Positions 1 through 10,679 of a DNA stretch of 64,000 nucleotides are shown here, piece by piece. Both the position numbers and the translations under genes were made by a program. The notes under the pieces are model-generated. The model saw only the letters and a list, made by a program, of their open reading frames with translations, was not told the origin of the DNA and searched no databases. The stretch is from Mobula hypostoma (Eukaryota). Location: contig NC_086108.1 in the NCBI RefSeq assembly GCF_963921235.1, forward strand, positions 86,430,001 through 86,494,000. The letters run 5' to 3'. The first letter of the stretch is position 1; each line of letters opens with the position of its first letter.

Positions 1-1810
1 TGGTTCATCAGTCATGATTTTCTCTTAAGGAAACCATGCTGACTATGTCCTATCTTGTCCTATGTCACCAAATGCTCCATAACCTCAACCTTAACAATAG
101 AATCCAACATCTTCCTAACCGCTGGGGTCAGGCTAACTGGACTATAATTTCCTTTCTGCAGCCTTCCTCCTTTATTAAAGAGTGGAGTGACATTTGCAAT
201 TTTCCAGTTCTCTGGCACCATGCCAGAGTCTAATGATTTTTGAAAAATCATTGCTAATAACTCCACAATCTCTCACACTAGCCTAGGGTGCACTTCATCA
301 GATCCAGGTGACTTATGGTCCTTAGGTCTTTCAGCTTTTTTGAGCACCTTGTCCTTCGCAATAGTAACTCACTTCTCTTCCTTCACACATTACAACATCT
401 GTCACACTGCTCATGTCTTCCACAGTGAAGACAGATGCAAAATACTCATTTAGTTCATCTGCCATCTTCATGTCCCCCGTTGTTATTTGTCTGGCGTCAT
501 TTTCTAATGGTCTTATATCTACTCTCATCTCCCTTTTATTTTTTACATACTTGAAAAAGCTTTTACTATCCACTTTGATATGGTTTGCCAGCTTGCTGTC
601 ATATTTCATCTTTTCCCTTCTAATGATTCCTTTAGTTGCTCTCTGTAGGCTTTTAAAAGCTTCCTAATTCTCTATCTTCCCACTTATTTTTGCTTTGTTG
701 TATGCCCTCTCTTTTGTTTTTACATTAGCTTTGACTTCCCTTGTCAGTCATGATTGTACTAATTTGCCTTTTGAGTATTTCTTCATTTTTGGAATACATT
801 TTTGGAATACATCTGTCCTGCAACTTCATTGTTTTTCCCAGAAACTCAAGCCATTGCTGCTCTGCTGTCATCCCTGCCAGCAGCTCTTTCCAATTTACTT
901 TAGCCAACTGTTCTCTCATACCACTGTAATTTCCTTTACTCCAATGAAATACTGTTATGTCCAACTTTACTTTCTCCATCAAATTTCAAGTTGAAATCAA
1001 CCATATTGCCATTACTGGTTCCTAAAAGCTCTTTTACCTTAAGCTCCCTAATCACCTCCGGTTCATTACATAACATCCAATCCAATACAGCTCATCCCCT
1101 AGTAGGCTCAGTGACAAACTGCTCTAAAAAGCCATCTTGTTGGCATTCAACAAACTCAATTTTCTTGAGAGCCATTGCCAACCTGATTTTCCCAATTGAT
1201 CTGCATGTTAAAATCTCCCATGGCTATCATAACATTGCCCTTTTGACTCGCCTTTTCTACTTCCCATTATAATCTGTGGTCCATCTCCCAGCCACTGTTG
1301 GGAGGCCTGTATATAAATCCCATCAGGGTACCTTTACCCTTGCAGTTTCTTGACTCAACCCACAAGGATTCAACATCTTCTGATCCTATGTCACATCTTT
1401 CCACTGATTTGATGCCATTCTTTGCCAGCTGAGCCATGCCTCCCCCTCTGCCTACCTTCCTAGTGATGACCACAACATCATACCTGACAAATTGCTATAG
1501 TGCAACAAGATTCATCCTCCACATGACCACTTTATCTAGGCCTTTCAATATTTGATAGGTTTCAGTAAGATCCCCATTCATTCTTAAAAGCTCCAGCAAG
1601 TTCAATTCCAGAGTCATCAAGTGTTCCTCATATATTAAACCTTTCATTCCAGGAATCATTCTTGTGAACCTCCTCTAGAACCTCTCCAATGGCAGTACAT
1701 CTTACCTTAGATAAGAGGCCCAAAACTGTGCACAACACACAAAGTGCAGTCTGACTAATGCCTTTTAAAGCCTTGACATTACATCCTTGATCTTATATTC
1801 TCATCCTCTC
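1..1810 (-). mobile_element. CR1 LINE fragments (APE endonuclease, linker, start of RT, plus a separate 3' ORF2 piece at about 1510-1810), decayed
   Basis: Minus ORFs with CR1 ORF2 motifs: VPENWKIANVTPLFNKGG..NYSPVSLT, ELNEYFASVFT, GRGGGMA, IYRPPNSG; several frameshifts. Confidence 0.9.
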
Positions 1811-1829
1811 AAAATGGCGAGAATATAAG

Positions 1830-2545
1830 CTGGTCTCAGTGCAGAACGACAGCCTTCTGCTGCTCAGGCAACAGCACCCTGTATACCGCACCACAGACGT
1901 TGAGCACCTCTCCCGTTGAGCATTGGTCTCTGGTCTCTGCATCCAGGGTGGAGACCTCTGCCCACTCCGTCTGCTGTCATGTGCTCAGTGGCTCCTAAGT
2001 TTGGGGGATAGTCTCTCCTTCAAGGTGGGGCAGTAGACCCATACCTGGACCCCCATCAGGTACTGCTGTGTGGGTGCTCTAGCCTGGTGGCCTGGCCCGT
2101 TCTGGGATGTGCAAGTGTCGTAGCAAGGCACAAATAGCTCTGTGTACCCAGGCCAATAGATGTATTTGTGCCTCTTGCCCGACATCTTTGCAACCCTGAA
2201 ATGACTGGCCCCCACCAGCCCATGATTTGACTGCAACGCTGTGGACTGGAGCTCCTGGGGGACCACCAGCTGCAGGAGATCTCTGTCAGGTCCGCATTCT
2301 GGAGCTGCCCTTCCGGAGAACCACAGTTTCAGTGCCAATGTTGCCTCCGGCACATCCACATGGGGACAGCAGCACCAAGCCAATGATGTGGGACTCCCAG
2401 ATGTCGGCGAGCCACACCTCGTGCTCCACTGTGTTTTTCCCCACTGCAATGTGCAGCCACCTCTTCCCTCTCATTGCCGCACTGCCGCCGATGACCGTAG
2501 CCAGCTGGACCTCCATTGTTGTCCACCCAGGCGGGGATGGCTGGT
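1830..2545 (-). mobile_element. Internally deleted Gypsy pol relic (protease C-terminus, integrase zinc finger, integrase C-terminus)
   Basis: GC-rich; ORF 2286-2516 HEVWLADIWESHIIGLVLL is protease-like; ORF 1985-2449 QLVVPQ..HGLVGASHF..YWPG..CYDTC resembles an HHCC finger and is followed by VWVYCP..LSPKL. Confidence 0.6.
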
Positions 2546-2934
2546 CTGTACAGTATATATGCTATATGAGGACATATGAGCATTTGGAACACCATGATCT
2601 GATTACGGAGAGCCAGCATGGCATTTTGCATGGCAGATTATGCCTTACCAACTTGATTGAGTTTTTTGACAAGGTGATGAGAGAGATTGATGAGGGTAAG
2701 GCAGTGGATGTTGTCTATATGGATTTCAGTAAGGCATTTGACGAAGTCCCTCATGGGAGGCTAATCCAGATGATTAAGATGCACGGGCTCCGCAGCGAAT
2801 TGGTTGCTTGGATTCAGAACTTGCTTGCACATGGAAGACACAGGATAGTGGTTGAATGGACTTATTTGAGCTAGAGGTCTGTAATTAGTGGAGTTCTACA
2901 GGGATCTGTATTGGGATTTCTGCTGTTTGTGATG

Positions 2935-3980
2935 TGCACAAAAATTGCACAAGTTGGAGCTCAAAGCTTCTCCATAGTCACCGATCCTCAATCGATCTCG
3001 CCCCAGCTCATCGAATCACGGTCCACCTCTGGGTTGAATCCTACGACCTCTTCTCTCCTGTGTCTTCCCTCTTCATCTCCTCTCAAACCAAAACTGCAAG
3101 CCCAACCTTAGAGTCCCTCACCAGGGAAACCTCCCCTTAATTCGACCATCCTAATTGAATGGCACAAACTTCTTCTCATCTCTTATCTTCAACAATAACC
3201 CAAAGAAGCTGAAAACAGAACAGACTGCTCTTACAGAACTGCTAAATGAAATACATACAGCATAACAGAAAAAATATGAAACAGGGCCTCAGGCTCGCTC
3301 AGCTCGCTTTCGTCTAAGGGGAGCAGCCTTCGGCCCCGCCAAACTGGGTAATCAAGTTTGTGTGGATGCTGTGTGATGTACCCCTCCCCTCCAAATAACA
3401 GACAACACACCATATGCGATTAAATGATTACACTTTACAGATCTTACTGGAACTATGTAATTGATAGAGATAAAATATAAAAGGAAAGTAAAAGGCGCCA
3501 AACTTATCAAAGTTCAACCACTTCATGCACAGTTGGAGCTCAATTAACGGAGTCTTCTTTCCACCATTCGATCCCCTCCGACCTCCTTGACCCGCTGCCT
3601 GGGACCAACCACAGCGGTCGACCAGATGCTCCACACGAGTCTGTCTTCGTCTTCTCTCCTCACCGAAGACCCTGGGCCTCGGACTCCCGCTCGGGGTCCA
3701 TTCTGCCACCCAGCTTACCGCATCGCATCACCTCTCTCTGTCCCCATCCACCTTCTGCCTCAGAGCCTGTGAAACAATAGCTTACAGACACACAAGAAAG
3801 AATAACATCTATCCCAATTGGTTAGCAAATGAATACAATTCTCTTTATAACCCAAACAAGCTGCGAGAGAGAAGCACTTTCTCAGCAGTTAACATAACAA
3901 AGAAGCCATTTTATTCTAATATAACAAAGAAGCCATTTTTATTAGCCTTAATAGTAACATAAAAGAAGAAACCCCTTACA
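2935..3980 (-). mobile_element. LTR-like fragment (probable solo or truncated LTR) inserted in CR1
   Basis: Non-coding block interrupting a CR1 RT; the minus strand starts TGTAAGGGG at 3980; internal repeated module TGCAC(A)AGTTGGAGCTCAA at 2946 and 3526; the other end is not clean. Confidence 0.5.
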
Positions 3981-4215
3981 TGTAAATAACCTGGATGAAA
4001 ATGTAGATGGGTGGGTTAGTAAATTTGCGGATGATACCAAGATTGGTGGAGTTGTGGGTAGTGTAGAAGACAGCACAATATAGTGGATAGTGTAACATAC
4101 AGCATGATATAGATCAGTTGCAGACATGGGCTGAGAAACAGCAGATGGAGTTTAACCCAGATAACTGTGAAGTGTTGCACCTTGGTAGAGCAAATGCAAG
4201 GAGACAGTACACTGT

Positions 4216-4942
4216 TCAGAATCAGAATCAGGTTTATTATCACCAGCATGTGACGTGAAATTTGTTAACTTAGCAGCAGCAGTTCAATGCAATACATAAT
4301 CTAGCAGGATGAGAAAAAAATAATAATAAATAAAATATAATAACAAATAAACAAGTAAATCAATTATGTATATTGAATAGGTTATTTAAAATATTCAAAA
4401 CAGAAATACTGCATATTAAAAAAAGTGAGGTAGTGTCCAAAGCTTCAACGTCCATTTAGGAATCGGATGGTAGAGGGGAAGAAGCTGTTCCTGAATCGCT
4501 GAGTGTGTGCCTTCAGGCTTCTGTATCTCCTACCTGATGGTAACAGTGAGAAAGGGGCATGCCCTGGGTGCTGCAGGTCTTTAATAATGGACGCTCCCTT
4601 TCTGAGACACCGCTCCCTAAAGATGTCCGGGGTATTTTGTAGGCTAGTGCCCAAGATGGAGCTGACTAGATTTACAACCTTCTGCAGCTTCTTTCGGTCC
4701 TGTGCGGTAGCCCCTCCATACCAGACAGTGATGCAGCCTGTCAGAATGCTCTCTACGGTACAACTATGGAAGTTTTTGAGTGTATTCATTGACATGCCAA
4801 ATTGCTTCAAACTCCTAATAAGGTATAGCCGCTGTCTTGCCTTCTTTATGACTACATCAATATATTGGGGCCAGCTTAGATCCTCAGAGATCTTGACACC
4901 CAGGAACTTGAAACTGCTCACTCTCTCCACTTCTGATCCCTA
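4216..4942 (-). mobile_element. Rex1/Babar-type LINE 3' fragment (DUF1891-type RT C-terminus)
   Basis: ORF 4445-4930 SFKFLGV..KKARQRLY..ESILTGCITVWYG..RFRNSFFP; AATAAA followed by a (CTGATT)n tail at about 4216-4240. Confidence 0.85.
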
Positions 4943-5896
4943 TATAAGATCCCTAACAGTGTTGTTGAGCAGAGGGATCTTGGGATCCAAGTTCACAGCT
5001 CCTTGAAAGTGGCTACACAGGTCAGTAAGGTGATTATCATAGTCATAGTCATAATGTATTGATCCCAGGGGAAATTGGCTTATGGAATGCTTGCTTTTAT
5101 TAGTCAAGGGATTGAGTTCAAAAGTCAGCAGGTTATGTTGCAACTTTATGAAACTCTGTTAGGCCACATCTGGAGTATTGCATACAGTTCTGGTCTCCCC
5201 ACTACAGGAGGGATGTTCAGGCTTTGGAGAGGGTGCAGAAGAGGATTACCAGGATATTGCCTGGTTTAGAAGGTATGTCCTTTCACGGGAGGTGAGATGA
5301 ATGAGTTCTTTTCTCTGGAGCATCGGAGGCTGAGGTGGAAGATCCGTTAGAGATTTACAAGCCGATGAGAGGTGTAGATAGAGTGGACAGAGAGTATCCG
5401 TTTACCAGGGTTGAAATATCTAATACCTGAAGGTATGCATTGAAAGTGATAGGAGGTAGGTTCAAGGGGGATGTGAGAGCTGAGTTTTTAACTCAAAGAG
5501 TCATGGATGCCTGGAATTCACTGCCTGGTATGGTGGTAGAGGCATATAAGAGACATTTGGATAGGCGCATGGATGTAAGGAAAATGGAGAGATATGGAAT
5601 GGTGTAATTAGGAGAGATTTGTGTTTGGGTGTTTTTGATTTGCTCTTTAGCTGGTTCTGCACAACATTGTGGGCCGAATAGCCTGTGTCTGTGCTGTACT
5701 GTTCTATATTCTATGTTTTAAATAGGTTCCTAGAGCTGTGAGCAGCAGTTAACTGAAAAACCAGACAATGTTCAATAACATTGTCTGGAGTATGAGTGCA
5801 AAGAACGAAGTGTGAAAGTTATATGTAATTCAAAAGAAGTATTATAGATACATTATAAATATAGAATTGTTCTTTGATCCTTAGCATATAAAATGT

Positions 5897-6183
5897 TGTG
5901 GCGACCCACCTTCTGGCACCCACGAACCGGCTCACGAAACAGCGTGCGCAGGCAGAGGGCCGGCAGCAAAAAGGGCGCCAGGCCATCTTCACCAGCAGGG
6001 GGAAAATCCCGCGCGCAGAAAGGATCTGGGAATATGCATTCCCCACAGTAGTTCCGCCCAGGGAGGGCGGGAACGGGAAGGCTAAAAAGCGGGCCGCGAA
6101 ATTTGAATAAATCTCTTTCATCGCAACTCTAACTCACCGACTCCGTGTGGTTATTCTAGTGCTGTGTGTAGCACATTGCTACA
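5897..6183 (+). repeat. 5' LTR (287 bp, TG...CA)
   Basis: TGTGGCGAC...GCTACA with AATAAA near 6106; colinear with 9989-10275, about 14 substitutions and no indels by manual alignment. Confidence 0.96.
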
Positions 6184-6185
6184 AT

Positions 6186-6199
6186 TGGTGACCCCGACG
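6186..6199 (+). promoter_or_regulatory. Primer-binding site complementary to the tRNA-Trp 3' end
   Basis: TGGTGACCCCGACG 2 nt after the 5' LTR; matches the first 14 nt of the avian sarcoma/leukosis virus tRNA-Trp PBS. Confidence 0.9.
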
Positions 6200-6223
6200 G
6201 CCCAAACGATATTTGGACCAGAG

Positions 6224-6927
6224 ATGACCAATGCTGCATCTGTTCACGCAGTTTCGTTAAAACTGCCAAGCTTCTGGACGCTGCGACCCTATTTATGGTT
6301 CGAACAAGCAGAAGCACAATTCCACATTCGGCAGATAACCTCGGAGTCCACTCGCTACTACTACGTGCTGAGCTCCCTCGACCAGGAGACAGCTGCACAA
6401 GTTGAGGAGTTTATACAGTCGCCCCCGGAGGACGGCAAATACACAGCATTCAAAGCCCTGCTCATAAGGACTTTCGGACTCTCACGGCGCGAACGAGCAC
6501 GCCGCTTAATGCACCTGGATGGTTTGGGAGACAGGCCGCCGTCAGCATTAATGAACGAGATGCTGGCCCTGGCTGAAGGACACAAACCCTGCCTCATGTT
6601 TGAGCAGGCGTTCCTAGAGCAACTGCCCGAGGACATATCCTGCTGCTGTCCGACGCAGATTTCAGCAACCCCGGGGAGGTGGCGACCCGAGCAGATGTGC
6701 TGTGGAATGCCAGGAAAGAGAGAGGGGCATCCGTCGCACAGATCACCAAGCCGCGTGCTCAACAACAGACCAGACCAGGCCCGGCAGCAGAGCCTACAAA
6801 ACCCGGCGACGGGAGTGAGGAGCCCAACGAACAATGGTGTTTCTACCACCAGCGGTGGGGCACGGAGGCCCGCCGCTGCAGACCGCCCTGCAAATTCCCG
6901 GGAAACGCCAGGGCCAGCCGCCGCTGA
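6224..6927 (+). pseudogene. gag: gag (one frameshift at about 6638) with CHCC nucleocapsid motif
   Basis: ATG at 6224, VSLKLPSFW..WFEQAEAQF; continues in ORF 6679-6927 with CFYHQRWGTEARRCRPPC (CX2HX9CX3C, 6838-6891). Confidence 0.9.
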
Positions 6928-6950
6928 TGGCTACGGCGGCTGGCCATCAG
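6900..6950 (+). promoter_or_regulatory. -1 ribosomal frameshift signal: G_GGA_AAC plus 12-bp stem-loop
   Basis: Heptamer 6900-6906 is phased X_XXY_YYZ in the gag frame and pol is in the -1 frame; perfect stem 6912-6923 with 6934-6945 after a 5-nt spacer. Confidence 0.85.
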
Positions 6951-9900
6951 GACAGCCTCCTGTACGTCTGGGACAAGCAGTCGGGACGCCACTTTTTGGT
7001 CGACACTGGAGCGGAGATCAGCGTCTTACCTCCAACGAGTTACGACACCCGCAACAGAGAACCGGGACCCACCCTGAGGGCCGCTAATGACAGCACAATA
7101 CGAACCTACGGCACCCGCACGGTGCGGCTACAGTTCAGCTCCAGCCGGTTCACGTGGGACTTCACACTGGCCGCCGTGGCCCAACCACTGCTGGGGGCAG
7201 ATTTTCTACGAGCCCACAGCCTGCTAGTCGACTTGCAAGGGAAGTGATTAGTCCACGCCAAGATTTTTCAAAAGTTCTCCCTGGGTGAAGCACAGTTGCC
7301 AGCCCCACACCTGGACTCCATCACGCTGTCCGATGATGAATTCACCAGGGTCCTGGCGGATTTCACATCAGTACTGACACCGCAGTTCACGGCAGCCGTG
7401 CCCAGACACGGAGTACAGCACCACATCCCGACCCAGGGACTACCCCTCCACGCCCGTGCTCGAAGGCTTCCCCCGGACAAGCTCCGACTGGCGAAGGAGG
7501 AGTTCAAGAAGATGGAGGAATTAGGGATCATACGACGGTCCGACAGCCCATGGGCCTCCCCCCTTCACATGGTGCCCAAGGCAACGGGGGGCTGGAGACC
7601 ATGCGGTGACTACCACAGACTGAACGAGGCTACAACGCCAGACCGCTACCCTGTGCCGCACATTCAAGACTTCGCAGCAAACCTACACGGCGCAAGGATC
7701 TTTTCCAAGGTAGACCTCATCTGGGGATACCATCAAGTCCCTGTACATCCGGACGACATCCCCAAAACAGCACTTATCACCCCGTTCGGACTTTTTGAAT
7801 TCCTCCGAATGCCGTTTGGTCTAAAGAATGCCGCACAGACTTTCCAGCGGCTAATGGATGCGGTGGGACGTGACCTGGACTTTGCATTCATCTATTTGGA
7901 CGACATCCTCATAGCCAGTAGTAGTCGGCAGGAGCATCTGTCCCACCTCCGCCAGCTCTACTCCCGCCTGAGTGAATTCAGCCTTACAATCAATCCAGCC
8001 AAATGCCAGTTTGGACTCGACACCATCAACTTCCTGGGCCACAGGATTACTAAAGACGGGGCAACCCCGCTGCCCGCCAAGGTAGACGCGGTCCGCCACT
8101 TCCCCCAACCCAACACAATCAAAGGCTTGCAGGAATTCGTGGGTATGGTGAATTTCTACCACCGTTTCCTCCCCTCAGCAGCCCGAACCATGCGCCCCTT
8201 GTTCACTCTAATGTCGGGTAAGGGCAAGGACATTACCTGGAACGAAGAGGCCGCAACCGCTTTCGTTAAAACCAAAGAAGCCTTGGCAAACGCCGCGATG
8301 CTAGTGCACCCCAGAACGGACGTTCCTACTGCCCTCACGGTGGACGCATCCAACACAGCAGTCGATGGAGTGCTGGAACAACTCATCGAGGGTCGCTGGA
8401 AACCCCTGGCGTTCTTCAGCAAACACCTACGACCACCCGAACTCAAATACAGTGCTTTCGACTGGGAGCTATTGGCACTATACCTGGCAATCCGGCATTT
8501 CAGGTACTTCTTAGAAGGTAGGCCCTTCACTGTGTTCACAGACCACAAACCGCTTACCTTTGCGTTCACTAAGGTGTCCGACCCCTGGTCGTCCCGCCAG
8601 CAGCGACATCTGTCCTACATCTCCGAGTACACGACGGACATCCGGCATGTCTCTGGAAAGAACAATGTCGTGGCAGACGCACTTTCCAGACCTACCATAC
8701 AGGCCCTGTCCCAGGGGGTGGACTATGCAGCGCTGGCAGAGGCACAGCAGGCAGACGCTGAGATCCCCAGTTACAGGACTGCAGTCTCCGGTTTGCAGCT
8801 CCAAGACCTCCCCGTAGGCCCAGGTGAGAGGACCCTACTATGTGACGTAGCTACCGGACAACCCCGCCCCGTCGTCCCAGCAGCCTGGCGCCGGCGGGTT
8901 TTCGAGTCCATTCACAACTTAGCGCACCCCTCCATCAGGACAACTGTCCGGCTGGTCTCCAACAGGTTCGTGTGGCATGGACTTCGTAAACAGGTCAGTG
9001 AATTGGCCAAAACGTGTATGCAGTGCCAAACGGCCAAGGTGCAGCGGCACACCAAGGTTCCACCGCAGCGGTTCGAACCCACCCGCCGGAGGTTCGACCA
9101 CATCCATGTGGATATCGTGGGGCCCCTGCCAGTGTCACGAGGAGCGCGGTACCTCCTAACTATGATAGACCGGTTCACCAGATGGCCAGAGGCAGTCCCG
9201 CTCAGCGACATCACCTCCGAATCCTGCGCCCGAGCACTGATCGCAACCTGGGTAGCACGCTTTGGGGTACCAGCCCACATTACCTCCAACAGGGGCGCCC
9301 AGTTCACCTCCAGCCTGTGGTCGGCTATGGCCAGACTTTTAGGAACACAGCTACACCACACAACTGCCTACCACCCACAGTCGAACGGACTAGTGGAGCG
9401 CTTCCACTGTCACCTGAAATCGGCTCTCATGGCCCGCCTGGAGGGGCCTAACTGGGTGGACAAACTTCCCTGGGTCCTGCTCGGAATCCGCACGGCGCCC
9501 AAAGAGGATCTACACACCTCGTCGGCCGAGTTGGTGTACGGTGCGCCCCTGGTCGTCCCAGGAGAGTTCATACCAGCCCCAAGGGGGCAAGAGGAAGAAC
9601 CCACAGCAGTCCTGGACAGACTACGGGAGAGGCTCGGTAACCTGGCCCCCATACCCACTTCACAGCACGGACAGAGCCCGACCTGCGTACCCAAAGACCT
9701 GCAGAACTGTAAGTTTCTTTTTGTACGAGGGGCAGACACCGGGCACCGCTACAGCAGCCCTACGAGGGGCCGTTTAAGGTGGTCAGGAACAACGGGTCCA
9801 CGTTCGTGCTGGAAATTGGGGGGAGAGAGGAGGTTTTCACGGTGGACCGACTCAAACCGGCCCATGTGGACTTGGCGCAACCGGTCCGGGTTCAGGCACC

Positions 9901-9973
9901 GCGGCGCAGGGGCAGACCTCCCAAACAGAGGCCGATCCAGACTGTGGACATTGGGGGAGGTATCGCCGGTTCT

Positions 9974-9985
9974 GGGGGGGGCGGG
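9974..9985 (+). promoter_or_regulatory. Polypurine tract
   Basis: GGGGGGGGCGGG just before the 3' LTR. Confidence 0.85.
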
Positions 9986-9988
9986 TTA

Positions 9989-10275
9989 TATGGCGACCCA
10001 CTTTCTGGCACCCACGAACCAGCTCACGAAACAGCGCGCGCAGGCAGAGGGCCGGCAGTAAAAAGAGCGCCAGGCCATCTTCACCAGCAGGGGGAAAATC
10101 CTGCGCACAGAAAGGGTCTGGGAATATGCATTCCCCACAGTAGTCCCGCCCAGGGAGGGCGGGAACTGGAAGGCTAAAAAGCGGGCCGCGAAGTTTGAAT
10201 AAATCTCTTTCATCGCAACTCTAACTCACCGACTCCGTGTGGTTATTCTAGCGCTGTGTGTAGCACATCGCTACA
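9989..10275 (+). repeat. 3' LTR (287 bp; starts TA instead of TG)
   Basis: Direct repeat of 5897-6183, followed by TSD ATGT. Confidence 0.96.
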
Positions 10276-10429
10276 ATGTCATGTAATGTTGAGGCGAACA
10301 GGCCTCTTCCTCCAAAATAGTCTCAATATGATGCCTGCTGAGTCTCATTTTGTTGAATAAAAGACTACTTCATATCCACCAGCTGCATCTCTCTGGTGAC
10401 TTTGTTCATACTACAACAATAGCAACTAT

Positions 10430-10675
10430 TCTACTGAGATGCAACACGGAGCGTCATAGGAATTCATTCCTGCCTGTAGCTATCAAACTTTACAACTCCT
10501 CCCTTGGAGGGTCAGACACCCTGAGCCAATAGGCTGGTCCTGGACATTCCCTGGCATAATTTACATAATACTATTTAACTATTTATGGTTTTATTACCAT
10601 TTAATTATTTATGGTGCAACTGTAACGAAAACCAATCTCCCCCCGGGATCAATAAAGTATGACTATGACTATACT
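10430..10675 (+). mobile_element. Rex1/Babar LINE 3' end
   Basis: RCNTERHRNSFLPVAIKLYNSS, nearly identical to 49410-49660; (ATGACT)n tail. Confidence 0.85.
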
Positions 10676-10679
10676 CACT

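Larger units (their letters stand above)
2573..5715 (+). mobile_element. CR1 LINE 3' part (RT to tail), split by an LTR-like insert (2935-3980) and a Rex1/Babar insert (4216-4942)
   Basis: SQHG..CLTNLIEFF..VDVVYMDFSKAFD at 2600-2870 resumes at 3981 as SKFADDTK and at about 4950 with ORF2 C-terminus and 3' UTR. Confidence 0.88.
6900..9988 (+). pseudogene. pol: pol (PR-RT-RNase H-IN) with premature TGA at 7245, integrase D-to-N at 9288 and a frameshift at about 9730
   Basis: LVDTGA; YLDD; RNase H TVDAS/ELLA/FTDH/ADALS; integrase H..H..CMQC, HVDIV, TSNRG, GLVERF; PYEGPF (GPY/F) in the shifted frame. Confidence 0.95.
5897..10275 (+). mobile_element. Full-length Ty3/Gypsy LTR retrotransposon, CsRn1-like clade, inactivated by a few point lesions
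   Basis: Paired 287-bp LTRs, 4-bp TSD ATGT (5893-5896 and 10276-10279), PBS, PPT, domain order gag-PR-RT-RH-IN. Confidence 0.97.

Noticed and set aside
2227..2874. 215-aa ORF as a novel RT fusion
   Set aside because: Chance read-through from the antisense strand of a Gypsy relic into a CR1 RT fragment
6186..6199. tRNA gene
   Set aside because: Only a 14-nt complement of a tRNA 3' end (PBS); no cloverleaf
6640..7087. C-terminal half of the 307-aa ORF 6164-7087 as real Gag
   Set aside because: Out of frame after a lesion at about 6638; the true Gag end with the CHCC motif is in ORF 6679-6927
6156..9739. Many antisense and overlapping ORFs in the provirus
   Set aside because: Expected shadow ORFs of GC-rich coding sequence, with no motifs
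9779..10177. Third (env-like) ORF in the Gypsy element
   Set aside because: It is the frameshifted integrase C-terminus running through the PPT into the 3' LTR; no signal peptide or TM segment seen
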